Part shown: positions 10,098-19,407 of the stretch, piece after piece
Position numbering within the stretch: the first letter of the stretch is position 1
Layout: the number at the start of each line of letters is the position of its first letter
Virus record (IMG/VR): IMGVR_UViG_3300025732_000026
Span: 24,567-88,566 of that record
DNA length: 64,000 nucleotides
Origin: a virus
Direction: 5' to 3' (one strand)
Notes under the pieces: model-generated
Databases searched by the model: none
What the model saw: only the letters and a program-made list of their open reading frames with translations
What the model was told of the DNA's origin: nothing
Program-made: the position numbers and the translations under genes

Positions 10098-10531
10098 AAT
10101 TACAAGAAGATATTTTACATTTTGAGAAAAAATTTATAGAAATGACACCGGAAGATATCGCATTTCCTAAAGGAGTGAATGGAATTAAGGAATATACTGA
10201 TAGCATTTCGATCTATAGAAAAGGTACGCCCATTCATGTAAGAGGGAGTTTAATCTTCAATCATCAATTACAAAAATATTCAATTGACAACAAATATCCG
10301 AAAATACAAGATGGCACAAAAATAAAATATATCTATCTAAAAGAGCCAAATGTATTCCATGAAAATGTTATAGCATTTGTTGATAAATTGCCGGATGAAT
10401 TTATGTTACTAGAATATATTGATTATAATTTAATGTTTGATAAAGTATTTCTAGCTCCAATTAAAAATGTAACTGAACATATTGGATGGTCGGTTAGAAA
10501 ACAAAATAGTTTAGTTGGGTTCTTTGGTTGA
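10058..10531 (+). CDS. 43: gp43 C-terminal part (thumb and clamp-binding tail) in the -1 frame; first in-frame ATG at 10142
   Basis: KELVKILLYGTEVELQEDI..., IAFPKGVN, KGTPIHVRGSL, C-terminal clamp-binding motif SLVGFFG. Confidence 0.85.
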   Translation, partial: KELVKILLYGTEVELQEDILHFEKKFIEMTPEDIAFPKGVNGIKEYTDSISIYRKGTPIHVRGSLIFNHQLQKYSIDNKYPKIQDGTKIKYIYLKEPNVFHENVIAFVDKLPDEFMLLEYIDYNLMFDKVFLAPIKNVTEHIGWSVRKQNSLVGFFG

Positions 10532-10582
10532 ATGTTGTTATTGAATTTGTTATAATGTACGTTAACATTAAAATGAGAGAAT

Positions 10583-11629
10583 ATGGGACTATTAGATAGA
10601 GTAAAAGTTGCCGGTACAGTTAAGTCGGCGGAAATATTATCGGAATCAACATTTTTTAATGAAAAGGATGTTATTCCAACAGATTTGCCCATTTTAAATG
10701 TGGCATTTTCTGGTAAATTGGATGGCGGATTAGTTCCTGGTTTGACGGTATTCGCAGGTGCATCCAAGACATTTAAAACACTTCTTGGATTATTTTGTAT
10801 TAAAGCTTTTTTGACAAAGTATCCTGACTCAATATGTTTGTTCTATGATTCTGAATTCGGTGTAACTCCTCAGTATTTGAAATCAAATGGAATAGATGCC
10901 AGTAGAGTATTGCATATACCTATTGAAAATATTGAACAGTTGAAATTTGATGTTGTTAAAAGGTTAGAGGCAATAGAAAGAAAAGATAAAGTTATCATTT
11001 TTGTTGATAGTATTGGCGCACTTTCATCTAAAAAGGAAGTGGAAGATGCTATAGATGAAAAATCAGTAGCGGATATGACTAGAGCCAAATCGATTCGTAG
11101 TTTATTTAGAATAATAACTCCACATCTTACTACTAAAGATATTCCTTGTATTGTGATTAATCATGTTTATCAAACGATGGAATTATATGCGAAAACGATT
11201 CTATCGGGTGGTACGTCTATAATGTACTCATCGAATCAAGTATTCATAATCACGAAATCACAAGAGAAAGATGGAACGGATATTGTAGGTTGGAATTTTA
11301 CAATAAATATTGAAAAATCAAGATTTGTTAAGGAAAAATCTAAATTCATGTTTTTGGTGAATTATGATAAAGGTATTCAGCGATATTCTGGATTGTTAGA
11401 ATTGGCAATTGAGGGTAAATTTATACTGAATACTAAGCAAGGTTGGTATAATAAAGTTGATCTAACTACCGGCGAAATCGCGGAAAATGATAAGGGTATT
11501 CGACTAAAAACATTAATGGAAGATGTTGATTTTTGGGAAAATCTCTTAATAAGCGAAAAATTCAAGACATTCGTATCGAGTAAATATCAATTTACTTCGG
11601 AATCAATGATTGATTATATAGCCAAATAA
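10583..11629 (+). CDS. uvsX: RecA-like recombinase UvsX
   Basis: LNVAFSG.LDGGL.PGL, GASKTFKT, YDSEFG, SKKEVEDA, DMTRAK. Confidence 0.95.
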   Translation: MGLLDRVKVAGTVKSAEILSESTFFNEKDVIPTDLPILNVAFSGKLDGGLVPGLTVFAGASKTFKTLLGLFCIKAFLTKYPDSICLFYDSEFGVTPQYLKSNGIDASRVLHIPIENIEQLKFDVVKRLEAIERKDKVIIFVDSIGALSSKKEVEDAIDEKSVADMTRAKSIRSLFRIITPHLTTKDIPCIVINHVYQTMELYAKTILSGGTSIMYSSNQVFIITKSQEKDGTDIVGWNFTINIEKSRFVKEKSKFMFLVNYDKGIQRYSGLLELAIEGKFILNTKQGWYNKVDLTTGEIAENDKGIRLKTLMEDVDFWENLLISEKFKTFVSSKYQFTSESMIDYIAK

Positions 11630-11641
11630 TAGCATCTATAC

Positions 11642-12985
11642 ATGAGTGATATTGAGAGAAAAATTCTTGAGAATTTATTACATAATGAACTATATGCTAG
11701 AAAAATTATACCTTTTATAGAGTTAGATTATTTTGTTGATTCAATTGATAGAACATTAGCACAAGAAATAGTACAATTTTTTGCTAAATATAATAAGCTA
11801 CCTACGAAAGATATTATTAGCATAGAACTTTCCAATCGAAAGAATTTATCGGATGAACTATTAACTAAATGTAATAAATTATTAAAGTCTTTGGAAGTAG
11901 ATGATTCCAATATTGATTGGTTATTGAAACATACCGAGAAATATTTTAAAGATCGCGCAGTCTATAATGCCATTCTAAAATCACTAACTATTATTAATAA
12001 TGAGGATAAAGTTTTAACGCCAGAGGCGATACCGAAGATACTTCAGGATGCATTGGGAGTATCTTTTGATAAAAATGTCGGACATGATTATTTTATTGAT
12101 GCCGAAGCAAGATATGATTTTTATAACCGTCGCGAAGAAAAAATACCATTTGATATTAATTTATTGAATAAAATTACAGATGGTGGCATGAGCAAAAAGA
12201 GTCTTACTATATTTCTTGCAATGACTGGATTAGGTAAAACTTTAGTGATGTGTCACATGGCGGCATCTGCTATATCACAGGGCAAAAATGTTTTATATAT
12301 TACTTTGGAAATGGCAGAAGAACGAATAGCGCAGAGAATTGATGCAAATTTACTCAATATTGATATTAAAGATTTGGTGGCATTATCCAAGGAATCGTTT
12401 AATAAGAGAATTGATAAATTGCGTGATCGATCCAATGGTAAATTAGTGATAAAGGAATATCCAACATCTAGTGCCCATGCTGGACATTTTAGGGTACTCT
12501 TAGAGGAGTTGAAAACTAAAAAGAATTTTCAACCAGATTTAATAGTAGTTGATTATTTAGGTATTTGTTCTAGTAGTCGAATTAAAATGAGTTCTGGTGC
12601 TAATTCTTATTTAATAGTTAAATCAATAGCAGAAGAATTGCGTGGATTAGCAATGGAATATAATGTTCCTGTCATCTCCGGTGCCCAAACTAATAAATGT
12701 TTGGTATTGAATACGTTAGTTGAGCATATGACTAAAGGAAAAATTCCGATCAAAGATTTGGTGATAGGTGATAAAATACTTGGTACGAATGGATTTGTTG
12801 ATGTCAATCATATTTTTCCAATTGAAGAAAATGAAGTATATGAAATAGTATTAAAATCTGGGAAAAAAATAAAGTGTTCCAAAAAACACATTTTTCCAAC
12901 AATTGATGGTATGAAATCGATAGACAATTTATTGCAGATTGGAGATTATTTATTTGTAAATAATGTTATTTCCCCAACACAGTAA
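11642..12985 (+). CDS. 41: gp41 helicase N-extein fused to the N-half of a split intein
   Basis: TGLGKT, LEMAEERIAQRIDAN, IKEYPT, VDYLGIC, AEELRGLA; after GAQTNK the intein block A begins CLVLNT. Confidence 0.93.
   Translation: MSDIERKILENLLHNELYARKIIPFIELDYFVDSIDRTLAQEIVQFFAKYNKLPTKDIISIELSNRKNLSDELLTKCNKLLKSLEVDDSNIDWLLKHTEKYFKDRAVYNAILKSLTIINNEDKVLTPEAIPKILQDALGVSFDKNVGHDYFIDAEARYDFYNRREEKIPFDINLLNKITDGGMSKKSLTIFLAMTGLGKTLVMCHMAASAISQGKNVLYITLEMAEERIAQRIDANLLNIDIKDLVALSKESFNKRIDKLRDRSNGKLVIKEYPTSSAHAGHFRVLLEELKTKKNFQPDLIVVDYLGICSSSRIKMSSGANSYLIVKSIAEELRGLAMEYNVPVISGAQTNKCLVLNTLVEHMTKGKIPIKDLVIGDKILGTNGFVDVNHIFPIEENEVYEIVLKSGKKIKCSKKHIFPTIDGMKSIDNLLQIGDYLFVNNVISPTQ
12698..12985 (+). mobile_element. 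Split intein, N-fragment (gp41-1-like)
   Basis: Starts at Cys1 (CLVLNTLV); IKDLVIGDKIL; block B CSKKHIF; stop after about 95 aa. Confidence 0.9.
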
Positions 12986-13033
12986 AATGTTTGGAATAAT
13001 AAATAACTGTATACCACTAAAAAGGATACAGTT

Positions 13034-14359
13034 ATGGCAAGTTTCGATTATTTTTTAAAGACGATAAAGAAGAATGGTGTTGAGAATATTTCAGATGATG
13101 TGTTGAAGGAATTGCAGCGCATATTTGACGAATTTGGAGCGGTTCCTACGAAAATCATATCTAAACAGATTTTATTAGGGATACCTGATATATATAAAAG
13201 ATTCGTAGAGTGTAGAAATAAATTAAAAAGTAAAGATTCTACCTCATATATTGCATGTATAATGAGATATGGTGAACATCATGGTGAAATAATATATCGT
13301 CAAAGATGTAAAGATTCAGCAATAACACTTGAGAATTTACAAAATAAGTATGGAATACATCAGGGGGAGAAAAAATGGAATGATATGTTGGCAAAAAAAT
13401 CATTTAGCTTGGCTGGATTTATTTTAAGGCATGGCGAAATAGATGGGCCAATAAAATACAAGGACTTTTGGGATAATACTAATTTTTCAACATCTAAAGA
13501 TGCTTTTATTCGTAGACATGGTGAAATAGATGGAATAGAAAGGTATAAGAAGTTTGTTGCAAAACAAGGATTCAACAATACATTATTAGCATATCATGAA
13601 AAATATGGTGTTGATTTAGGAAATATTCTATACAATGAGCGACTTGCTAAGAAAAATGCAAATAGTAAAAAAGTTAAATATGTCACAAAATTGTTAGAAT
13701 CTGGTAAAACTATAAATGAAATTAATGTTTTATTGGATAAAAGATATAATAAAACTTCGCTTAATAGTTTCATCAAAAGATATGGACTGGATATAGGAAC
13801 TGCGAAATATACAGAATTTATTTCTAAACTAAAAAGTAATAATGTTCTATGTATCGAATATTATAGAAAAAGGGGCATTTCGGATACTACTTCGTTTGAA
13901 TTGATATCCGACATTCAAGGAAAGAGAAACTGTAAATCCAATTTCTCAAAAGAATCAATGAAATATTTGTTGCCAATAGTTTTAAAAATTGAAGAAGTCA
14001 CTGAAAATAATTGTTTCTATGGCGAAGATGAATTCTTTATTAGAACAAATAAAGAAGAATTTGATGTGTCTGGTAAAAGAATATTCTTTTACGATTTTGT
14101 TTTTCCTAAATTAAATTTAATATTCGAATATCATGGTGTAAGATTCCATGCGGATGTTGATTATAGTTCAACTCATAGTTTGAATTTAGCGGAATTCAAA
14201 CTCAATTTTGATTCGGATTTGTTTAAGAAATATGTGGCGGAAAATAGAGGTTTTGATGTTAAGATTATTAGAAGTTGGAACTTGAAAGAGGATATGAATG
14301 CTTTATATGATTATTTGCGCGATAGGGGAATAGTATTATGTCAATCACTTTTTGTTTAG
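13034..14359 (+). CDS. Free-standing homing endonuclease (Vsr-like/PD-(D/E)xK) between the intein halves
   Basis: Repeated (R/K)(Y/H)G..(G) helical motifs; C-terminal FFYDF.....LIFEYHG.RFH nuclease motif; AAGGA SD; upstream AATAAATA late-promoter-like box. Confidence 0.8.
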   Translation: MASFDYFLKTIKKNGVENISDDVLKELQRIFDEFGAVPTKIISKQILLGIPDIYKRFVECRNKLKSKDSTSYIACIMRYGEHHGEIIYRQRCKDSAITLENLQNKYGIHQGEKKWNDMLAKKSFSLAGFILRHGEIDGPIKYKDFWDNTNFSTSKDAFIRRHGEIDGIERYKKFVAKQGFNNTLLAYHEKYGVDLGNILYNERLAKKNANSKKVKYVTKLLESGKTINEINVLLDKRYNKTSLNSFIKRYGLDIGTAKYTEFISKLKSNNVLCIEYYRKRGISDTTSFELISDIQGKRNCKSNFSKESMKYLLPIVLKIEEVTENNCFYGEDEFFIRTNKEEFDVSGKRIFFYDFVFPKLNLIFEYHGVRFHADVDYSSTHSLNLAEFKLNFDSDLFKKYVAENRGFDVKIIRSWNLKEDMNALYDYLRDRGIVLCQSLFV

Positions 14360-14460
14360 ATGAAATCGTAAGTATTAGAAAAATTGGAACTGAGAAAACA
14401 GTTGATATATCAGTTTCGAATGATAATTTATTTTTTGCAAATGATATTTTAACTCATAAT
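14338..14460 (+). mobile_element. Split intein, C-fragment
   Basis: Blocks F and G, terminal His-Asn, Ser at +1. Confidence 0.9.
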
Positions 14461-14784
14461 AGCGGATATGATAATTCAGATGTTGATTTGTCCAATATGT
14501 CGGAATCTTATGGACTTAATTCAACAGCAGATTTGATTTTAGGTTTGATTCGAACAGAAGAACTTGATAAATTAAATCAAATAATGGTTAAACAATTAAA
14601 GAATCGATATTCCGATCTATCAACTAATAAACGTTTCGTTGTAGGTGTTGATCGATCTAAGATGAGATTATATAACATAGAAGATGTCGGACAGGAAAGA
14701 ATCGCCGATTCGGGAGTAGAATTGAATGATGATAGAAATAAGAAAAGACGATTCAATAAAGATTTTTCTGGATTAAAATTGTAA
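14338..14784 (+). CDS. 41: Split intein C-fragment fused to the gp41 C-extein
   Basis: TVDISVSNDNLFFANDILTHN|S, then helicase motifs SESYGL..TAD, KQLKNRY, FVVGVDRSKMRLY. Confidence 0.93.
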   Translation: MSITFCLDEIVSIRKIGTEKTVDISVSNDNLFFANDILTHNSGYDNSDVDLSNMSESYGLNSTADLILGLIRTEELDKLNQIMVKQLKNRYSDLSTNKRFVVGVDRSKMRLYNIEDVGQERIADSGVELNDDRNKKRRFNKDFSGLKL

Positions 14785-14842
14785 TGAATTTGAATAGCTT
14801 GTTATTGTAAATAAGACACCTCTATAATTTTTAAATTAAAAT

Positions 14843-15112
14843 ATGAAAAAAGATAAAAAAGTATTAGAATTGGTTCCTATTGATAAAAAAATAGAAAATG
14901 AATTCAATAAAATTGCTATTAAATTTCTGGAAGATACTAAAGAACAATTATTAAATGGTGAAATTTCAGAATTAATTATTATCACAAAATTTGATGATTC
15001 GACTGAAATTATTCCAATAACATATTCGCTAACATCAGCAGTTGGTATGCTAGAATTAAGTAAACAAGAATTGATTATCAGTAGATTCATGGATGAGATG
15101 ATCGAAGATTAA
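14843..15112 (+). CDS. Hypothetical protein
   Basis: ORF abuts the next gene. Confidence 0.6.
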   Translation: MKKDKKVLELVPIDKKIENEFNKIAIKFLEDTKEQLLNGEISELIIITKFDDSTEIIPITYSLTSAVGMLELSKQELIISRFMDEMIED

Positions 15113-16176
15113 TGCATCAATATACTTATATTAGTTCAACTATTACAGAACTAATACCAGCACTTTGTTTCAATAATAAATTTCTACCGAAAGATTATAC
15201 TGAAATAGAACCGTTTTTCGAAGAATTGAATTTGAATGAAAAGAAATCAAGAAAGACTTTCGTTTCCGATTATAGTGTATCAGTTGGCAAAAATCTCGTT
15301 TTAAATAAAAATAAACTATCTCCCGAGATTCGTGATTCCAAGTTTCAAAATTGTTATGGTATATTGGAGTATCTATATACTATTAATGATGCAAAACCAA
15401 TAAAGAATTGTGTATGGGGCGCATACGATAAACCATTAAATATTGATAAAAATCATCCAGGTGATATTTTTATAACATTTAACAATGGTGATGTTAGTGG
15501 CATATCAATTAAAGCCGGAACTCAGCATACAATCGAACCTAGATTAAATAGTCGATTGAAATCAACTTTATTGAAACCAGTATGGATGCAAGTGATTCCC
15601 AATTCTTTATATGAAATGAAACAAGAATTATGGACTAAAATTTATAGTAATGTTCCAGAACTATCCAATACCGTAAATGCCGATAATTATATTCAATTTG
15701 ATAGTCGAAATATAATTCGACCGAACAAATCATTAATTGATAGTTTAGTCACATTTCAAGAAAAAAATCCAGTTCATTTTGATGAAATGTATTGGGAATT
15801 ACTTAGAATTTGCAATAGTCGAATGATTGGTTATATAAACAATCATCAAAAAACGTCTTTAAATTGGATAAAAAGTGAATTTAGAATTAATCAATCAAAT
15901 TCTAGTCAAATACCTATCGTATTACTCAAAGCGATTAACAATAAATATACTATATGCAACGATAATTTGGCAAAATGTATTACAGATACGAAAAATGTTA
16001 ATGCGTATTTGAATCCCGAATCAAAACAATCATGGTATATTGATTTGGAAGCAATAGATTATAAACAATCATTAAATATGGTAATACGATCCGATTCTGA
16101 TTTTAGAAGAGAGAAGCCAAAAGGCAAATTGGGTGCATTCATGAATTTAAAATTACAATATAAAGGTTGTAAATGA
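15112..16176 (+). CDS. Hypothetical protein with a PD-(D/E)xK-like nuclease motif
   Basis: HPGDIFITF....VSGISIKAG resembles a restriction-endonuclease-like active site. Confidence 0.5.
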   Translation: MHQYTYISSTITELIPALCFNNKFLPKDYTEIEPFFEELNLNEKKSRKTFVSDYSVSVGKNLVLNKNKLSPEIRDSKFQNCYGILEYLYTINDAKPIKNCVWGAYDKPLNIDKNHPGDIFITFNNGDVSGISIKAGTQHTIEPRLNSRLKSTLLKPVWMQVIPNSLYEMKQELWTKIYSNVPELSNTVNADNYIQFDSRNIIRPNKSLIDSLVTFQEKNPVHFDEMYWELLRICNSRMIGYINNHQKTSLNWIKSEFRINQSNSSQIPIVLLKAINNKYTICNDNLAKCITDTKNVNAYLNPESKQSWYIDLEAIDYKQSLNMVIRSDSDFRREKPKGKLGAFMNLKLQYKGCK

Positions 16177-17081
16177 ATAAAATAGATAATATAATCATTT
16201 CGTTGGACTATTCGAGAATAAATGATGCTATTGAAGATATTGATGATAAAAACATAAGCGATTTATTTAGAACAATACCCAAAAATTTCTTTTCAGTGTT
16301 AGAAAAGAATAAGATATTTCTTTTGTATTTTAAAAAATATGTTAGCGATATCAAGATTCGGGGAACAGATCATTCAAAATATGCTATACATTTTCTCGAT
16401 AATTTTGAAAAATTTTTAAATAAATCTACGATAGGATCAAAACATAGAGATACTAGAATTAGACGAATATCTGAAAAAAATACTATTCTAAGATTTCTAA
16501 AAGTTCATTTTGAATATTTGGTTAAATTGTTTACTTTAATTGACAATGCTATCGAATTTAGATATAATATTAAAGAAAGTCAATCAAATATTTCTAAAGA
16601 TATTTTATCGATTTCTGGTGCAGGACAAGATGGAACTGATACTCTTAGAAAAAAATATCAGAAAGATACGCCGGGTCAATTAAAAGAAGATCAGTGCCAA
16701 TTATATAGTTACGAAGAAATAAAAGATTTGGAAAAATTTGCAGATAGACTATTAAATCAATTTAATGTTGATATTGCGTTTACTAAACATTTTGGTGAGC
16801 GATTGAGCAACGATAGGAACAGACCATGCATAAAATTGGATGAATTGAAATCTTTATTTAAACGTATTAGTGCAACTAGAGCCGAAAAAATAAAAAATCA
16901 TCCTAATGGAGAGTATGTCATTCAGGATTTACAGAAAGATTTGAATTTACCCGTTGTGGTTGAATTTAAAAGAGGTGAATTTGATGTTATAGTAAAAACA
17001 ATAATGAGAAAAAAGAATTTCATGTCAAGTAATCCAAAAATACGAGTGGAATCATTTAAGAGCATAAAGGATAGAATTTGA
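16173..17081 (+). CDS. Conserved T4-like protein, possibly virion/internal
   Basis: GTD.LRKKY.KDTPGQ motif; C-terminal LEKFAD.L....DIAFTKHF.ER domain. Confidence 0.55.
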   Translation: MNKIDNIIISLDYSRINDAIEDIDDKNISDLFRTIPKNFFSVLEKNKIFLLYFKKYVSDIKIRGTDHSKYAIHFLDNFEKFLNKSTIGSKHRDTRIRRISEKNTILRFLKVHFEYLVKLFTLIDNAIEFRYNIKESQSNISKDILSISGAGQDGTDTLRKKYQKDTPGQLKEDQCQLYSYEEIKDLEKFADRLLNQFNVDIAFTKHFGERLSNDRNRPCIKLDELKSLFKRISATRAEKIKNHPNGEYVIQDLQKDLNLPVVVEFKRGEFDVIVKTIMRKKNFMSSNPKIRVESFKSIKDRI

Positions 17082-17755
17082 AAGATTTGATAGTAACCGC
17101 AATTACGGGAATAACATTTGAAAAGATTCTGCCATGGTTAGACGCAATTAAGAAAGTAAAATTTGCTGGAGATATTGCTGTAGTATGTTACAATGCAACA
17201 TTCGATACAGTAAATAAATTAAAAGAAAATGGTATTATAGTATATACATTTAATGAAGATGTTTCCAATGAAAGATATAATTATATTAGAGATTTCAATT
17301 TGGATCGTGAAAAATACATTCATCTGAATACGTTCTTAAAAACTTTAACAGAAAAATATAGATATTTGATACTGTCAAAAATAGATAAATTTGATAGTAT
17401 TGATAAAATTCCATTGACAGTAAAAGGAAATTCCTTTTCGCTGATTGAGAGTGAAAAAACATTTGCACAATCAGATTGGCACAAAAATAATATGATACAA
17501 TCTTTTGGAAATTTCTATTTTGAAAAAATGAAAGATAGAAAAATAATATTAGATGATATTATTGTTGGTGAATTTGATGATATGTTGTATTTATTTGAAA
17601 TGCTCTATTTAATATGTTTAAATTCACCACTGCATCCAGTAGATAGCAATAATGTTAGTTTGGGATCATCAACTATATCTGGATTGAATATACTTTTTCA
17701 ATCAAAAATGTATCGTAGTAATTGTAAATTTATTTCGAATGAATATATTAAATAG
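17078..17755 (+). CDS. Degenerate glycosyltransferase-like protein, paralogue of the next ORF (TTG start)
   Basis: Aligns with 17739..18596 (PWLDAIKKVKFAGDIAVV vs YWVNSLNRCGFTGDKVLI; WHKNNMIQSFG vs WGNNNLKETFG) but lacks the DxxD motif. Confidence 0.55.
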   Translation: MKDLIVTAITGITFEKILPWLDAIKKVKFAGDIAVVCYNATFDTVNKLKENGIIVYTFNEDVSNERYNYIRDFNLDREKYIHLNTFLKTLTEKYRYLILSKIDKFDSIDKIPLTVKGNSFSLIESEKTFAQSDWHKNNMIQSFGNFYFEKMKDRKIILDDIIVGEFDDMLYLFEMLYLICLNSPLHPVDSNNVSLGSSTISGLNILFQSKMYRSNCKFISNEYIK

Positions 17756-18596
17756 AGGTTACATGGAAGAAAAAGATTGTATTATAGGTTTTAGTAGTAA
17801 TTATTCTTGGGACATAATTAAATATTGGGTTAACTCATTAAATCGATGTGGATTTACAGGTGATAAGGTATTAATTGTAGGAAATTGTTCTTCGGACACA
17901 ATTAAGAAAATTCAAAGTGAGAATATTTTTGTAATTGTTGCTGGCCAATTGAATGAATTTGGTGATGCGATTTTGAACAATAATTTTGCACCTCATGTAG
18001 AAAGATTCTTCTATCTCTATCACCATCTTTCACAAAATTCTTATCGATATGTTATAACAACAGATGTTCGAGATGTTATTTTTCAAAAGAATCCTATCGA
18101 ATATATAGAAAAACTTAATCCTCAAAATTGTATTTTTTCTTCCGAGAGTATTCGTTACCGTGATGAACCATGGGGCAATAATAATCTAAAAGAAACTTTT
18201 GGAGATTATATTCATGGAATATTTAAAGATAGACTTATATATAATGTTGGAATACTTGCGGGTAAATATAATTCAATAATGAATTTGCTTATGGCCATTG
18301 CTGCAAATTCTGTCAATAGACCAATTAAAGTTTGTGATCAAGCTGTTTTCAATTTTCTCAATTGGACATCCAATTCAAATAATATACTATTAGATTCCGA
18401 GGATGGTTGGGCGTGTAATTTAGGAACTACGGCCGATCCCATGAAAATAAATGATTTTAGACCATATTTAATAGAAAATGTGCCTATTCTAAGAGATGAT
18501 ATGGTATGCACAAGTAATGGCAACGAATTCTTTATAGTACATCAATATGATAGAGTGCCAGTTTGGAGAAATGTACTGGAGAAGAAATATGCCTAA
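17739..18596 (+). CDS. Glycosyltransferase-like protein
   Basis: TTDVRDVIFQKNP, NVGILAG, DQAVFN, IVHQYDR. Confidence 0.75.
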   Translation: MNILNRGYMEEKDCIIGFSSNYSWDIIKYWVNSLNRCGFTGDKVLIVGNCSSDTIKKIQSENIFVIVAGQLNEFGDAILNNNFAPHVERFFYLYHHLSQNSYRYVITTDVRDVIFQKNPIEYIEKLNPQNCIFSSESIRYRDEPWGNNNLKETFGDYIHGIFKDRLIYNVGILAGKYNSIMNLLMAIAANSVNRPIKVCDQAVFNFLNWTSNSNNILLDSEDGWACNLGTTADPMKINDFRPYLIENVPILRDDMVCTSNGNEFFIVHQYDRVPVWRNVLEKKYA

Positions 18597-19407
18597 TATT
18601 TCAATTGTAACAGCATTTTATGATATTGGAAGAGGCGATTGGACGCCTAATAAAGGATTTCCACATTATTTACAGCGATCTAAAGATGTTTATCTTGAGA
18701 GATTTTCGCGGTTATTGAAGTTGAAAAATGATATTACGATTTATACATCACCTGATCTTGTTGATGAAATTCAAAGACTATGTGATAATAGCAATGCATC
18801 AAAAACTAATATCATATCTTGGGATATTTTTAATCAATATCGTTTTACTATAGACAAAATAAAAGAAGTTCAGAAATCACATGAATTTCAAACAAGAGTT
18901 CATTCAACGCAGAAATTGAATCCAGAATATTGGAATAGTGATTATGTTCTCGTAACTAATCTAAAAGCTGCGTTTGTGTATGACGCAATAGCTCGTAAAT
19001 TACCGCAGCAAAATACAGTTGCATGGATTGATTTTGGTTACATGCGATCGGATGATAAAATTCCTTCGAGTATGGAATGGAATTATAATTTTGATCCAGA
19101 TAAAATTCATCTTTTCAATTATAAAGATTATGATGATAAGCCAATTGAAGATATTATCTATCAGAATGATGTGTATATTTTAGGCGCAACAATGGTTGCA
19201 GATAAACAGAATTGGTGGAAAATGCATGATTTAATGTTGGTGAATCAAGAAAAACTCTTTAAGAGGAAAATTGTAGATGATGATCAAGGTTTAGAATTGA
19301 TGTGTTACCTAGATGATCCTGATAGTTTTGAATTGCATAGAATACCAGATCATCAATTAGGGTTTGATCCATTTGTTACATTTTCCAATTTTAATGAGAC
19401 TATATGA
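18589..19407 (+). CDS. HtrL/YibB-family glycosyltransferase-like protein
   Basis: IVTAFYDIGRGDW, NPEYW, AWIDFGY, DDDQ. Confidence 0.8.
   Translation: MPNISIVTAFYDIGRGDWTPNKGFPHYLQRSKDVYLERFSRLLKLKNDITIYTSPDLVDEIQRLCDNSNASKTNIISWDIFNQYRFTIDKIKEVQKSHEFQTRVHSTQKLNPEYWNSDYVLVTNLKAAFVYDAIARKLPQQNTVAWIDFGYMRSDDKIPSSMEWNYNFDPDKIHLFNYKDYDDKPIEDIIYQNDVYILGATMVADKQNWWKMHDLMLVNQEKLFKRKIVDDDQGLELMCYLDDPDSFELHRIPDHQLGFDPFVTFSNFNETI

Noticed and set aside
13034-14359. Group I intron interrupting gene 41
   Set aside because: The flanks encode clear IntN and IntC protein-splicing motifs and leave no room for an intron RNA core.
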